This document shows positions 50,265 to 60,059 of a DNA stretch of 64,000 nt, one piece after another. Under the pieces are notes generated by a model that was not told the DNA's origin, made no database searches, and saw only the letters and a program-made list of their open reading frames with translations. Location of the stretch: positions 348,723-412,722 of the forward strand of contig LUZY01000013.1 of the NCBI GenBank assembly GCA_001603805.1, written 5' to 3'. Source of the stretch: Deferribacterales bacterium Deferri_01. GTDB taxonomy: Bacteria; Chrysiogenota; Deferribacteres; Deferribacterales; Geovibrionaceae. A program made the position numbers and the translations under genes. Position 1 is the stretch's first letter; the number at the start of each line of letters is the position of its first letter.

Positions 50265-51190
50265 TTTCTGTCCTCTCTGTCATATGGAATACCAAGGCTT
50301 TCCGGTTCAGGTGTAGTACCCTTGCCGAGCCTGATTGTGGATATTACAAGAACTATAATAGTAAAAAGGTATGGAAGCATCTGCAGCACATGGGAGGAAA
50401 TATCTGTTCCCATAGCCTGCATCCTCAGTTGGAGCGCATCTATACCGCCGAAAAGGTAAGCCCCGAAAACAGCTCTGGTGCTGTTCCATTGGGAGAAGAT
50501 AACAAGGGCAACAGCAATCCATCCCCTGCCCGCCGTCATGTTTTCCACCCAGAAAGGTGTATAGGCAAGAGAAAGGTAAGCACCGCCTATTCCGGCAAAA
50601 CCGGAACCCACAAGAACAGCCATCATGCGGTATTTGGTAACACTTATACCAGATGTATCCGCCGCTGCGGGGTTTTCGCCCACAGACCGAAGATAAAGCC
50701 CCCATTTTGTCCGGCGGAAAAAAAGGTGAACGCCTATGACAAGAACTATGGAGAAGTAAACAAGCATATCCTGCCTGAAGAGAGGATTTATAACAGGTAT
50801 AGACGATAGAAAAGGGATCTCAACTCTGGAGAACTCTGTGATCGTTTTCCCCACCATCTTCTGACCGAAAAGAGCCGTAAAGCCTATACCGAACATTGTG
50901 AGCGACAGACCGCTGACGATCTGGTTTCCTCTGAGATAAACAGTAATAAGCCCGTGAATCGCACCTGCGGCAAGGGCAGCAAGGAAAGAAGCACAGACTC
51001 CCAGAAACAGGCTCCCTGTGATATTAGCAGTGGCAAAGCCCGCTAGAGCGCCTATTAGCATAAGCCCTTCTATACCAAGATTTATAACACCGGAGCGTTC
51101 CATAATTATTGCGCCTGTTGTGGCGAAAAGAATTGACGTGCCTGCTCTTATGGTTGCATCAAGCAAAACTTCTATCATGATTTGCCCCAA
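50261..51190 (-). CDS. Nucleoside (BMP-family) ABC transporter permease
   Basis: 309 aa polytopic permease with a 4-nt overlap with xpt. Position and type correspond to YufQ/NupC-like. Confidence 0.8.
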   Translation of the reverse strand: MGQIMIEVLLDATIRAGTSILFATTGAIIMERSGVINLGIEGLMLIGALAGFATANITGSLFLGVCASFLAALAAGAIHGLITVYLRGNQIVSGLSLTMFGIGFTALFGQKMVGKTITEFSRVEIPFLSSIPVINPLFRQDMLVYFSIVLVIGVHLFFRRTKWGLYLRSVGENPAAADTSGISVTKYRMMAVLVGSGFAGIGGAYLSLAYTPFWVENMTAGRGWIAVALVIFSQWNSTRAVFGAYLFGGIDALQLRMQAMGTDISSHVLQMLPYLFTIIVLVISTIRLGKGTTPEPESLGIPYDREDRK

Positions 51191-52239
51191 ATAATCCGCA
51201 TTTTATTGGCTATAAAAAAATCTGACGACAGAACAAAAAAGAGAATCAACCCCTGAAACAGGTTTACAAACGCCACAGGAAGCTGCCACATGATCTGGAG
51301 GCTGTCACCACCCACAAGCAGAACACCCATTATAAGAGAAACGATAAGCACGCCCAAAGCAGAGCGCCTCGCCAGCCACGCAACAATTATAGCTGTATAT
51401 CCGTAGCCGATAGATACCCCTTCCTGCAAACGGTACTGAACTCCGGAAACTTCGCTGAATCCTGCTATACCTGCTATGGCGCCGCTCAGAAACATTGTAC
51501 CTATAATAGCGGTTGTTATATTCATCCCGGCATACTTAGCGGCGTTGGGGTTGTCACCTATTACCCTGATCTCATAACCGTACACAGTTTTTTCCATAAA
51601 TATATAAACAAGAAAAACCAGAACCAAAGCTATGAAAAAACCTGTATGCAGCCTTGAATCGAAGTAATATGACATCCTTGCTGCTTCAGCAAACTGAGCT
51701 GAGTGAGGAAAATTGAACCCTGACGGGTCCTTCCACCTGCCGTAAATGAGCAGTGAAAGTATTGATATAGCAATATAGTTCATTAAAAGAGTGACTATAA
51801 TCTCGTTAACTCTGTATTTTGCTTTTAAAAAACCCGAAACAACAGCCCATAGACCGCCGCAAATCATTGAACCCGCTATCATTGCTGTTATCAGCAGAAA
51901 GTGGTTTTCAATCCCTGAAAATAAAGCAATGCCGGATGCGCCTATGGCGCCCATAACGAGCTGTCCTTCCGCTCCGATGTTCCAGAGCTGCATACGGAAA
52001 GCCACTGATATGCCAAGCCCGCATATTATAAGCGGTGTTGCCTTAACAAGTGTTTCGCTTATGCCGTATGATGTTCCGAGGGCTTCCATGATCATATCTC
52101 TGTATGCCTCAAGCGGGTTTATGTCCGCAAAAAGCATAATTATTCCCGCAGTCAATAGAGAAAAAGCCACAGCAACAAAAGGTGCGGTTATGCGGAAAGT
52201 TTTTGAGGCTTCCAGTCTTTTTTCAAATCTTATCCGCAT
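51175..52239 (-). CDS. Nucleoside (BMP-family) ABC transporter permease
   Basis: 354 aa polytopic permease, overlapping both neighbouring genes. Position and type correspond to YufP/NupB-like. Confidence 0.8.
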   Translation of the reverse strand: MRIRFEKRLEASKTFRITAPFVAVAFSLLTAGIIMLFADINPLEAYRDMIMEALGTSYGISETLVKATPLIICGLGISVAFRMQLWNIGAEGQLVMGAIGASGIALFSGIENHFLLITAMIAGSMICGGLWAVVSGFLKAKYRVNEIIVTLLMNYIAISILSLLIYGRWKDPSGFNFPHSAQFAEAARMSYYFDSRLHTGFFIALVLVFLVYIFMEKTVYGYEIRVIGDNPNAAKYAGMNITTAIIGTMFLSGAIAGIAGFSEVSGVQYRLQEGVSIGYGYTAIIVAWLARRSALGVLIVSLIMGVLLVGGDSLQIMWQLPVAFVNLFQGLILFFVLSSDFFIANKMRIIWGKS

Positions 52240-53740
52240 TTTTCACTCCGCTCATCATCAGTCCGATCTCCTCTCTGGTGGCTGTGTCAGGCTTAACAAC
52301 ACCTGTGATAACTCCCCTGAACATAACAGCCACACGGTCTGAAAGTTTGAGAAGCTCATCCAGATCCTCAGATATAAGGATCGTACTCATTCCGCTTTCC
52401 CGTGCGTCTATAATAACTTTGTGAACATACTCCGCAGAGCCTATATCAAGCCCTCTGGTCGGATATAGAGCAACCAGAACGAGAGGGTTAAGGGAAAGCT
52501 CACGGGCAATTATGACCTTTTGTATATTTCCGCCGGAAAGAAGACGGACAGGAGAACCCGCAGGACCTGTTTTTATGGCAAACTTGGATATAAGCTCTTC
52601 GGCATTACGCTTTATTGCTCCTGCGTTCTGCATGAAAAAGCTTTTGAATTTACTGTCTTTATAACTTTTCAGGATAAGGTTTTCATCCACACTCATTTCA
52701 GGAGCGATACCGAACGCTTTTCTGTCTTCAGGGATATGGGCAATGCCTGCGATGTAAGGATTTTTGCCTTTATGGTTGGTGAAGTCCTCGCCGTTGACGA
52801 TAATCTGCCCGCCGGAAGGTCTGCGGAGTCCTGTGAGAACCTCCGCAAGGGCTTTCTGTCCGTTTCCGGCAACTCCGGCTATTCCGAGAATTTCACCCTT
52901 GAAAAGCTCAAGGTTTATCCCCTTCACGTCTGAAAGACCTTTATCGTTTTCAACAGAAAGGCTTTTAACTTCCAGAACCTTTTGATCAAATGCCTTAGAT
53001 GTTTTTTCCCAGTGGGGCACATCGTCTGAGCCGATCATGAGCCCCGCAAGCATAGCTTCATCAAATTCACCTGCGGTGAGCGACTTGACAGTCCTGCCCT
53101 TTTTAAGAACAGTTACACGGTCGGAAAGCTCCATAACCTCACGCATTTTATGGGAAATGAAGATGATCGACTTACCCTGACTCTTCAGTTTTTTAAGAAA
53201 GCCGAAAAGAATATTCGCCTCCTGCGGAGTAAGAACCGCAGTTGGTTCATCAAGGATAAGCACTTTACAGTCACGGACAAGAAGCTTAATAAGCTCCACC
53301 CACTGCTGTTCACCGATGGAAAGCTTCCAAACCGGTTCATTCAGGTTTATATCAAGCCCGAAATCATCAAGAATTTTCTTCGTTCTTTCAAATACCTCAC
53401 CCCTGTTTATTATCCCCGGGAGGTTATCAAGAGAAAGAAGGATATTCTCCATTACGGAATGGTTTCTCACCAGCATAAAATGCTGATAAACCATACCAAT
53501 GCCATATTTTAGCGATTCAGAAGGAGAGGAGATTAAAACCTTTGTGCCGTCAACAGAAATACTCCCTGTTTCAGGTTTATAAAGCCCTGCCAGTACGCTC
53601 ATAAGCGTACTTTTACCCGCTCCGTTTTCGCCAAGGAGGGTATGAATCTCCCCTTCGTAACAATTCAGAGAGACATTATCCAGCGCCTTTACGCCCGGAA
53701 AGCTTTTTGTGATATTTTCAAGTTTAAGATACGGTTTCAA
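52223..53740 (-). CDS. ABC transporter ATP-binding protein with duplicated nucleotide-binding domains (nucleoside/sugar type)
   Basis: Two Walker A motifs (GENGAGKST...) and two signature motifs. 505 aa. Confidence 0.85.
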   Translation of the reverse strand: MKPYLKLENITKSFPGVKALDNVSLNCYEGEIHTLLGENGAGKSTLMSVLAGLYKPETGSISVDGTKVLISSPSESLKYGIGMVYQHFMLVRNHSVMENILLSLDNLPGIINRGEVFERTKKILDDFGLDINLNEPVWKLSIGEQQWVELIKLLVRDCKVLILDEPTAVLTPQEANILFGFLKKLKSQGKSIIFISHKMREVMELSDRVTVLKKGRTVKSLTAGEFDEAMLAGLMIGSDDVPHWEKTSKAFDQKVLEVKSLSVENDKGLSDVKGINLELFKGEILGIAGVAGNGQKALAEVLTGLRRPSGGQIIVNGEDFTNHKGKNPYIAGIAHIPEDRKAFGIAPEMSVDENLILKSYKDSKFKSFFMQNAGAIKRNAEELISKFAIKTGPAGSPVRLLSGGNIQKVIIARELSLNPLVLVALYPTRGLDIGSAEYVHKVIIDARESGMSTILISEDLDELLKLSDRVAVMFRGVITGVVKPDTATREEIGLMMSGVKNADKI

Positions 53741-53750
53741 TGTGATCCCT

Positions 53751-53806
53751 TAAAAATAAAAAAGCGGTGCAGAGATTTTACACCCTGCACCGCCCCTATT
53801 TTTTAT
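53751..53806. terminator. Intra-operon hairpin (attenuator/terminator) between the substrate-binding-protein gene and the ATPase gene
   Basis: AAAAATAAAAAA-GCGGTGCAGAGATTTTACACCCTGCACCGC-CCCTATTTTTTATT. Confidence 0.5.
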
Positions 53807-54867
53807 TATTTAGGTGAGCCCTGAACTCCTTCAACGAAGAAATTCATACTGAGCATTTCGGCGTCTGTCATTGTTTTGCCTTCGGGAACAACGATTTTGC
53901 CTGACTGGTCTTTGATAGGACCAGTGAATACTTTGACTGTGCCGTTTTTAACAGCAGCTTTTCTTTCTTCAACTATCTTTTTAACATCTGCGGGAACAAG
54001 GTCAGTAAGGGGAGCAAGGTCTACAAGTCCGTGTTCCATTCCCCACCAGATCTGCTCGCTTTTCCATGTTCCTTTGCTTACCTGTTCTGCAACTATAGTG
54101 TAAAGAGCGCCCCAGTTCCATACCGGTGAAGTGAGATATGCCTTGGGAGCAAATTTTTTCATCTCAACGTTGTATCCAATAGCGTATGCGCCTCTTTTTT
54201 CAGCAGCCTGAAGAGGAGCAGGAGTATCCTGATGCATTGTTATAACATCTGCCCCGGCATCAAGAACACTTTCAGCAGCTTCACGTTCTTTACCTGGGTC
54301 AAACCATGTGTGCGTCCATACAACTTTCACTGTGGCTTTGGGGTTTACACTCCTTACGCCTAGAGTGAAAGCATTTATTCCTCTGATAACTTCAGGGATA
54401 GGGAAAGCGGCGACATAACCCACCACATTTGATTTAGTCATTTTACCGGCAACAACACCGGAAAGGTAACGGGGCTGATACATTCTGCCGAAGTAAGCGC
54501 CAACGTTTTCTGCTGTTTTATAGCCGGAACAATGCATGAAAATGATGTCTTTATTTCTTTTAGCAACTTCAATTGTCGGATCCATATAACCGAAGCTGGT
54601 GGTAAAGATCAGGTTGTGTCCTTTTTTAGCAAGACCGGTGATGATCCTTGTTGCGTCAGCGCCTTCTGGTACTGATTCGATGTACGTGGATTTTTCGACA
54701 TACGGAAGCTTTTCCATTTCCTGTCTGCCCTGATCATGTGCGTAGGTCCAGCCTGCATCGCCTACAGGTCCGACATAGATAAAGCCAGCCTTGATCTGCT
54801 TGTCAGCAGCGAAAGCACCTGCGGTACAGAGAGCCGCCGTTAAAAGTGCCAAAAGAATTTTCTTCAT
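53806..54867 (-). CDS. BMP-family lipoprotein (PnrA/Med-like purine nucleoside-binding protein)
   Basis: Signal peptide and lipobox (LLTAALCTAG), followed by the BMP fold. It is the first gene of the operon. Confidence 0.85.
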   Translation of the reverse strand: MKKILLALLTAALCTAGAFAADKQIKAGFIYVGPVGDAGWTYAHDQGRQEMEKLPYVEKSTYIESVPEGADATRIITGLAKKGHNLIFTTSFGYMDPTIEVAKRNKDIIFMHCSGYKTAENVGAYFGRMYQPRYLSGVVAGKMTKSNVVGYVAAFPIPEVIRGINAFTLGVRSVNPKATVKVVWTHTWFDPGKEREAAESVLDAGADVITMHQDTPAPLQAAEKRGAYAIGYNVEMKKFAPKAYLTSPVWNWGALYTIVAEQVSKGTWKSEQIWWGMEHGLVDLAPLTDLVPADVKKIVEERKAAVKNGTVKVFTGPIKDQSGKIVVPEGKTMTDAEMLSMNFFVEGVQGSPK

Positions 54868-55099
54868 GTACTACCCCTTCTTTCAGTTTAGTGGAGCAAA
54901 ACCGCATTTTTACGGCAGCCCGCAAATTTTGTCAAAAAGATATTTATTTTTTAGTTCAGTGTGCCATCTATGTCAATCGAATAACGTTAATCCGTACACA
55001 ATCATATAACGCAGAAAATATTAAAAATAAAAAAGCCTCCCGCATAATATACACGGAAGGCTCTGAAATCTTTTATGCTTATACTGCTGCTAAACAGCG

Positions 55100-55300
55100 C
55101 TAGTTGCCGGAAGCATCTGAAGACGCAGGAAAACACCCTTTGGGAGTGCAACAGACACATCCGCCGGAATGCTTCACATTCTCCATACGCTCAACATTTG
55201 TTCCCGAACACTTTGTGCATGGAACAGGCTCTCCTTCCTTAAAAATAAGGCGGGAAAACTCCGTACCGCAGTCTTTGCACCTGTATTCATAAAAGGGCAT
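55100..55300 (-). CDS. FmdB-family zinc-ribbon protein
   Basis: MPFYEYRCKDCGTEF...CTKCSG. The paired CxxC zinc ribbon is typical of the FmdB family (TIGR02605). Confidence 0.6.
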   Translation of the reverse strand: MPFYEYRCKDCGTEFSRLIFKEGEPVPCTKCSGTNVERMENVKHSGGCVCCTPKGCFPASSDASGN

Positions 55301-55311
55301 ATGAATAACCC

Positions 55312-55629
55312 TTAGATATATTTCTTGATAGCGTCCTCATAAACGCCTTTGGGCTGAACGCCGATGAACTGCTCAACCACTTTGCCGCCCTTAAAGACCA
55401 TGACAGTAGGGATACTCATGATGCCGTATTTTGCAGCAAGCTGCTGGTTTTCGTCCACATTTACTTTGCCGACCTTTATTTTGCCTGCGTATTCATTTGC
55501 CAGCGCTTCCACTGTGGGAGTAAGCATTCTGCAGGGTCCGCACCAGACAGCCCAGAAATCCACAAGAACAGGGAGATCGCTCTCTACCACATCAGTTTGA
55601 AAGGTTGACTCATTAAGTTCAACAGCCAT
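55312..55629 (-). CDS. trxA: Thioredoxin
   Basis: WCGPC active site. 105 aa. Confidence 0.9.
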   Translation of the reverse strand: MAVELNESTFQTDVVESDLPVLVDFWAVWCGPCRMLTPTVEALANEYAGKIKVGKVNVDENQQLAAKYGIMSIPTVMVFKGGKVVEQFIGVQPKGVYEDAIKKYI

Positions 55630-55717
55630 TGTTTCCTCCTTAATAACTTATAAGTTATAGTATACAAATTCATCCGTTTGTCAATCATAGTAATTAAGAT
55701 TGTTTTGCTCTCAATTA

Positions 55718-56524
55718 CTATCCTGATTCTTCATTAAACGGACATAAATCTCTTTCAGCGCATGATGCGCACTTTTCATCCGCGCCGTATGTGCAGCCAA
55801 AGGCTATTCCCAGACGGGACACGGCGAAATCATATTTAGCGGGGTCTTCAGGATTCATTGCTCTGAAAAAATCTGTAACAGTATCAAGATTTTTTCTCGT
55901 TCCGGAATCATTCTTTATTATCCCGTTCTTATATGCGAATCTTAATATATGTGTGTCTATGATAAATTGCAAGTCCTTACAGGCATAATTTTTCCATAAG
56001 CCGAAATCTACCTCATCCTTTCTCACCATCCAGCGTAAAAACATCCGCAGGCGCTTTGCTCCGGACTTAACCGGATCAGCGAAAAGGAAGTCATACCCTT
56101 TTCCACCGCCGTAAGCTTTTCCCCTCTTCTTCATATGGATAACAAAGTTTATGAGAGACTCCTCAAGGCTTGCCCCCATTGAGGCAAAAGCGTTTTCGAT
56201 GGAGCCGTGTTCACTGTAAAGATCCCTCAGAACGAGTACAAAAGCCCGGACATCAGCAGGCTTCTGAAACCTGTAATAAAGCCTTGTGGGTTTATCCTCA
56301 AGCCTAAACGGATCTGTTCCGAATTCACTGAAAAAAGTCATGAGAAAACCCTGAATAGCCTTCACATTCCCATACGCAAAACAGCTTGAGCAGAATGCCA
56401 CAAACTCGGTATTGCCCTGAACTGTGCAGGGGTAAACTATCGGATCTGTGCCCACATACTCCGGTTTGTTGTACTTTTTATACAGCTCCTCAAAAAACGG
56501 GCGAAACTTCTCAGCTTTCGTCAT
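55718..56524 (-). CDS. TIGR02757/DUF2400-like uncharacterized protein
   Basis: Start taken at the internal ATG (MTKAEKFRPFFEELYKKY...). It overlaps the end of the upstream radical-SAM gene by about 14 nt. The C-terminus is Cys-rich (CASCAERDLCPF). Confidence 0.5.
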   Translation of the reverse strand: MTKAEKFRPFFEELYKKYNKPEYVGTDPIVYPCTVQGNTEFVAFCSSCFAYGNVKAIQGFLMTFFSEFGTDPFRLEDKPTRLYYRFQKPADVRAFVLVLRDLYSEHGSIENAFASMGASLEESLINFVIHMKKRGKAYGGGKGYDFLFADPVKSGAKRLRMFLRWMVRKDEVDFGLWKNYACKDLQFIIDTHILRFAYKNGIIKNDSGTRKNLDTVTDFFRAMNPEDPAKYDFAVSRLGIAFGCTYGADEKCASCAERDLCPFNEESG

Positions 56525-58943
56525 CTTCCACTTCAGCTTCTTCTGCTGTATTTTTTTCCTGTCTTGGCTTTGGAAACATGTAAAGGTTTTTGCGTTCCAC
56601 ATCAAGCTCTGCTCTGCTTAACCCGTGATATGAAAAGAACTCAAGAGGGTTGAAAGAACCTGTTTCACCGGAGAGGAGAACAATCTCATCCTTCTGTCTG
56701 TGGAGAAGAAATTCAGAAAGCTCAACCTTTTTATCTCTGCCTTTTTTGTCTTTCTTCATATAAAAGGCTTTATCCTCAGCAATAAGCTTATCCAGCACCA
56801 CAGGCAGTTCGCCGCCCAAACGGTAGCGTCCTGCGAAGCTTACTTTCTTCTCATTTACCTTATAAGGCATAACCCTTTTGACTTTCACACCATCAGGCAG
56901 AATTGAGTTTATCTTCTTCTGCACTTCGCCGAAGTTGTTCAGTCTGCCGCACTCAAGAGCAAGAAGATCCCAGGAGCATTCCACACCAACTGGAGGCGGG
57001 ATCAGATAGCGCATCTTCGGCTGGGGATTAAACCCCTGAGTGAAAGCAAGCTTTATCTCCGCTATGCGGGCAGCGTGAGTGAAAAGGCGGACAGATTCAA
57101 TTGCAGACAGAAACTTACCTGCCTTGCGTTTTTCTATATAAAAAACATAATGGAAGGTCTCTTCCGATTCCTTAGGTGTTGTTTCTTCCGGAATTTTGTC
57201 ACCTGCATAAACATTTAGAATGTCCTTAAAGTCGCATACGCCGCAGTTTGTGCATGAACCCTCACGGCAGTCTTCCGTAACGGCTTCCTCCCGTGCCTTT
57301 TCGTATTCATTCTCAAAAAAGCCGGACTCAACACCGGAATCTATATTGCTCCAAGGAAGTTTATCCTGCGTCATAAACTCTCTGGAGGCGAACTCCTCCA
57401 TTGTGAATCCCAGATCTCTGAATACCTGTTTCCATGCATTAGAATCAAAGCATTCGCTCCACCCATCAAACATCAGTCCTCTGTCAGCGGCAAGGGCAAG
57501 AACATCACAAAGTCTTTCATCGCCTCTGGAGAAAACTCCCTCCATGACACTTTGCTCAACATCATGCCAACTAAGGCGCATACGGTAGCTTTTCAGTCTG
57601 TCAGAGAGGAGCATCTGTTTGCGCCTAAGCTCCGCCGCAGTATTCTGCGGAAAAATCTGAAAAGGTGTATGGGGCTTGGGAACAAAATTTGAGGCGGATA
57701 CCTTGATATCAAACCTGCCTTTTCCCACAGCACGTTTAACACGGTGAGCAAGATCAGCTATGGCAAGCACATCTTCATCTGTCTCAAAGGGAAGACCTAT
57801 CATGAAATAGAGCTTCGCACCGTTCCATCCTGCATCGGCGGCTTTGGTAACTGCGGATATTATATCCTCTTCTGTGAGGTTTTTATTTATTACGTTACGG
57901 AGTCTCTGCGAACCCGCTTCAGGGGCTATGGTAAAGCCGGATTTACGAACCTTTGCCAGTTCCCTGAAAATGAAATCCTGTATTCTGTCTGCCCTTATAG
58001 AAGGGAGAGAAAGTGACGAGCCTTCTGCGCTGATAAGCCTTGTCATGGTAACAAGCAGTTCCTCAAGCCTGCTGTAGTCAGCGGCGGAGAGAGAAAGCAT
58101 GGAAACTTCCATATATCCGCTTGAGGCGAGCTGACGCAGAGCGTCGTTTGCGATAGCCTCTATGCTTCTCTCACGGGACGGCCGGTATATGTAGCCTGCC
58201 TGACAAAAGCGGCAGCCTCTGGTGCATCCTCTCGATATTTCCACCGCCACCCTGTCCTGCACGGCGGGCATCATGGGAACTATCAAGCTGTTTATGGTCA
58301 CATCATCGCTGAAACCGGTGTAAACGTTTCTTTTTACCGTCTTGTCAGGTTCAATTAGCGGAACATACGTAAACGGCAGACTGTTCAGATACTCAAGCTT
58401 GGTTTTTCTGTTTTCTCCCTTCATTTCGGAGAGTTTGTCAAAAATATCGGTGATCTCTCCTTCCATTTCTCCAATGAAGAATACATCAATTATATTTTTA
58501 AGAGGCATAGGGTTCATTACGCACGAACCGCCCGCAGTAACTATCGGATCATTCTCCCCTCTTTCTGCTGAGAAATAAGGAATGCCTGAATACTTCATAC
58601 TGTGGAGAACATTTGTATATGACAGTTCATACTGAAGAGAAAACCCGAGGACATCGAAGCTTTTCAGCCCGCATCCTGATTCAAGGGAAACAAAGACCTT
58701 TTCGCCAAGCTCCGAAACTGCGTCTGTCCACGGCATAAAAAACCGCTCGCAAACTATATTGTCAGATGAATTGAGCCTTTCATAAAGCATTTTAAAGCCT
58801 ATGTGGCTCATACCAACTTCATAAACATCAGGAAAAGCAAGGCAGAACGAGAGCCTGCCCTCTTTCGACTTGTGAACGGAGTTTATCTCATGGTTCACGT
58901 ACCTTGAGGGTTTTGATATTGTTAAAAGAGAATTATCAAGCAT
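56511..58943 (-). CDS. B12-binding-like / radical SAM protein (TIGR03960-like) fused to a C-terminal DUF2344-like domain (TIGR03936-like)
   Basis: 810 aa. Radical SAM CxxxCxxC (CTRGCRFCQAG). The N-terminal part resembles TIGR03960 and the C-terminal 200 aa or so resemble DUF2344. 3-nt gap to rodA. Confidence 0.7.
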   Translation of the reverse strand: MLDNSLLTISKPSRYVNHEINSVHKSKEGRLSFCLAFPDVYEVGMSHIGFKMLYERLNSSDNIVCERFFMPWTDAVSELGEKVFVSLESGCGLKSFDVLGFSLQYELSYTNVLHSMKYSGIPYFSAERGENDPIVTAGGSCVMNPMPLKNIIDVFFIGEMEGEITDIFDKLSEMKGENRKTKLEYLNSLPFTYVPLIEPDKTVKRNVYTGFSDDVTINSLIVPMMPAVQDRVAVEISRGCTRGCRFCQAGYIYRPSRERSIEAIANDALRQLASSGYMEVSMLSLSAADYSRLEELLVTMTRLISAEGSSLSLPSIRADRIQDFIFRELAKVRKSGFTIAPEAGSQRLRNVINKNLTEEDIISAVTKAADAGWNGAKLYFMIGLPFETDEDVLAIADLAHRVKRAVGKGRFDIKVSASNFVPKPHTPFQIFPQNTAAELRRKQMLLSDRLKSYRMRLSWHDVEQSVMEGVFSRGDERLCDVLALAADRGLMFDGWSECFDSNAWKQVFRDLGFTMEEFASREFMTQDKLPWSNIDSGVESGFFENEYEKAREEAVTEDCREGSCTNCGVCDFKDILNVYAGDKIPEETTPKESEETFHYVFYIEKRKAGKFLSAIESVRLFTHAARIAEIKLAFTQGFNPQPKMRYLIPPPVGVECSWDLLALECGRLNNFGEVQKKINSILPDGVKVKRVMPYKVNEKKVSFAGRYRLGGELPVVLDKLIAEDKAFYMKKDKKGRDKKVELSEFLLHRQKDEIVLLSGETGSFNPLEFFSYHGLSRAELDVERKNLYMFPKPRQEKNTAEEAEVEDDES

Positions 58944-58946
58944 TAA

Positions 58947-60059
58947 TTACGCGCCTATTGGATTGTATTTTCGCATGGCCACACTGTTTACAAGTCCCAG
59001 CATAGCCATGAATGTAAGCAAAGATGAACCGCCGTAACTGAATATGGGCATAGGGATACCCACAACAGGCATTATACCCATTGTCATAGCGGCATTTACA
59101 AAAAACTGAAAAAATATGTACGAGGCAACGGCAACACATATAACCTTGCCTGATGCCTCCCTTGTTTCCATTGAGATGCTTAGTATGCGGATGATCATAA
59201 ACAGAAACATGCAGATGATGATTGAAGCTCCCACAAGACCTGTTTCCTCCGCAACAACGGAAAAAATAAAATCGGTATGCCTTTCGGGTATAAATTTAAG
59301 ATGGGACTGTGTACCCTCCATAAACCCTTTACCCCAGATTCCTCCGCTGCCTATGCCTATTTTCGACTGAATAACGTGATAGCCTGAACCGAAAGGATCT
59401 TTCTCAGGATCAAGAAAGGTCAGAACCCTTTGTTTCTGATAATCCTTCATCAGAAATATCCACATAACAGGGAGAAGTATCGCCGCAGAAGCAGCAGCAA
59501 ACACCATAGGAGTCCGTTTTATTCCGATAAAAAGAATAACCAGACCCCATATAGCAAGAAAGCTTCCTGCCGTGCCCAGATCAGGCTGAAGGAATATAAG
59601 AATGAACGGAGGCAGAAGCGGAAGAATCTTAATGAAAATATCCTTAAAACCCAGCTTCAAACCATCATAAGTTATAAACATTCTTGCCAGAGTAAGCACC
59701 CATATAAACTTGAAAAACTCAGAAGGCTGTATCCTTGAACCGCCTATTATAAGCCATCTCCTCGCCCCCATGATAGGAGGCATGAGAAGCACCATAAACA
59801 AAGCCACACAGCCTATAATATAAAGCACCGGAAGGTATTTCACAAACCTCTGATGCCCCACCCATGAGATAAGGAAAAAAACAACAAATCCCAACACAAC
59901 CCAGAGAACCTGTTTTTCATAAAAATCTCTTATCACATCCGCCTGAGCGTCAAACGATGCGCTGTAAACAGCGGCGCAGCTCATTGTGAGAACTATTGCT
60001 ATAATAGTCAGAAGAGCTTTATCTATATTTTCAATTTCCTTCTTGTTCAGTCCTAACAT
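58947..60059 (-). CDS. rodA: Rod-shape peptidoglycan glycosyltransferase RodA (SEDS family)
   Basis: FtsW/RodA/SpoVE family polytopic protein (e.g. GGSSLLTFMAMLGLVNSV). It follows mrdA. Confidence 0.9.
   Translation of the reverse strand: MLGLNKKEIENIDKALLTIIAIVLTMSCAAVYSASFDAQADVIRDFYEKQVLWVVLGFVVFFLISWVGHQRFVKYLPVLYIIGCVALFMVLLMPPIMGARRWLIIGGSRIQPSEFFKFIWVLTLARMFITYDGLKLGFKDIFIKILPLLPPFILIFLQPDLGTAGSFLAIWGLVILFIGIKRTPMVFAAASAAILLPVMWIFLMKDYQKQRVLTFLDPEKDPFGSGYHVIQSKIGIGSGGIWGKGFMEGTQSHLKFIPERHTDFIFSVVAEETGLVGASIIICMFLFMIIRILSISMETREASGKVICVAVASYIFFQFFVNAAMTMGIMPVVGIPMPIFSYGGSSLLTFMAMLGLVNSVAMRKYNPIGA

Noticed and set aside
54868-55000. Possible purine riboswitch in the 5' leader of the BMP/xpt nucleoside operon
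   Set aside because: The minus-strand leader contains GAUGGCAC and CCGUAAA-like fragments. The diagnostic J2/3 (GUUUCUACC) motif and a convincing P1 stem are absent, so there is no confident riboswitch call.
58936-59139. 67-aa ORF overlapping the 3' end of rodA
   Set aside because: It is fully embedded in rodA on the same strand in another frame, with no RBS. It is spurious.
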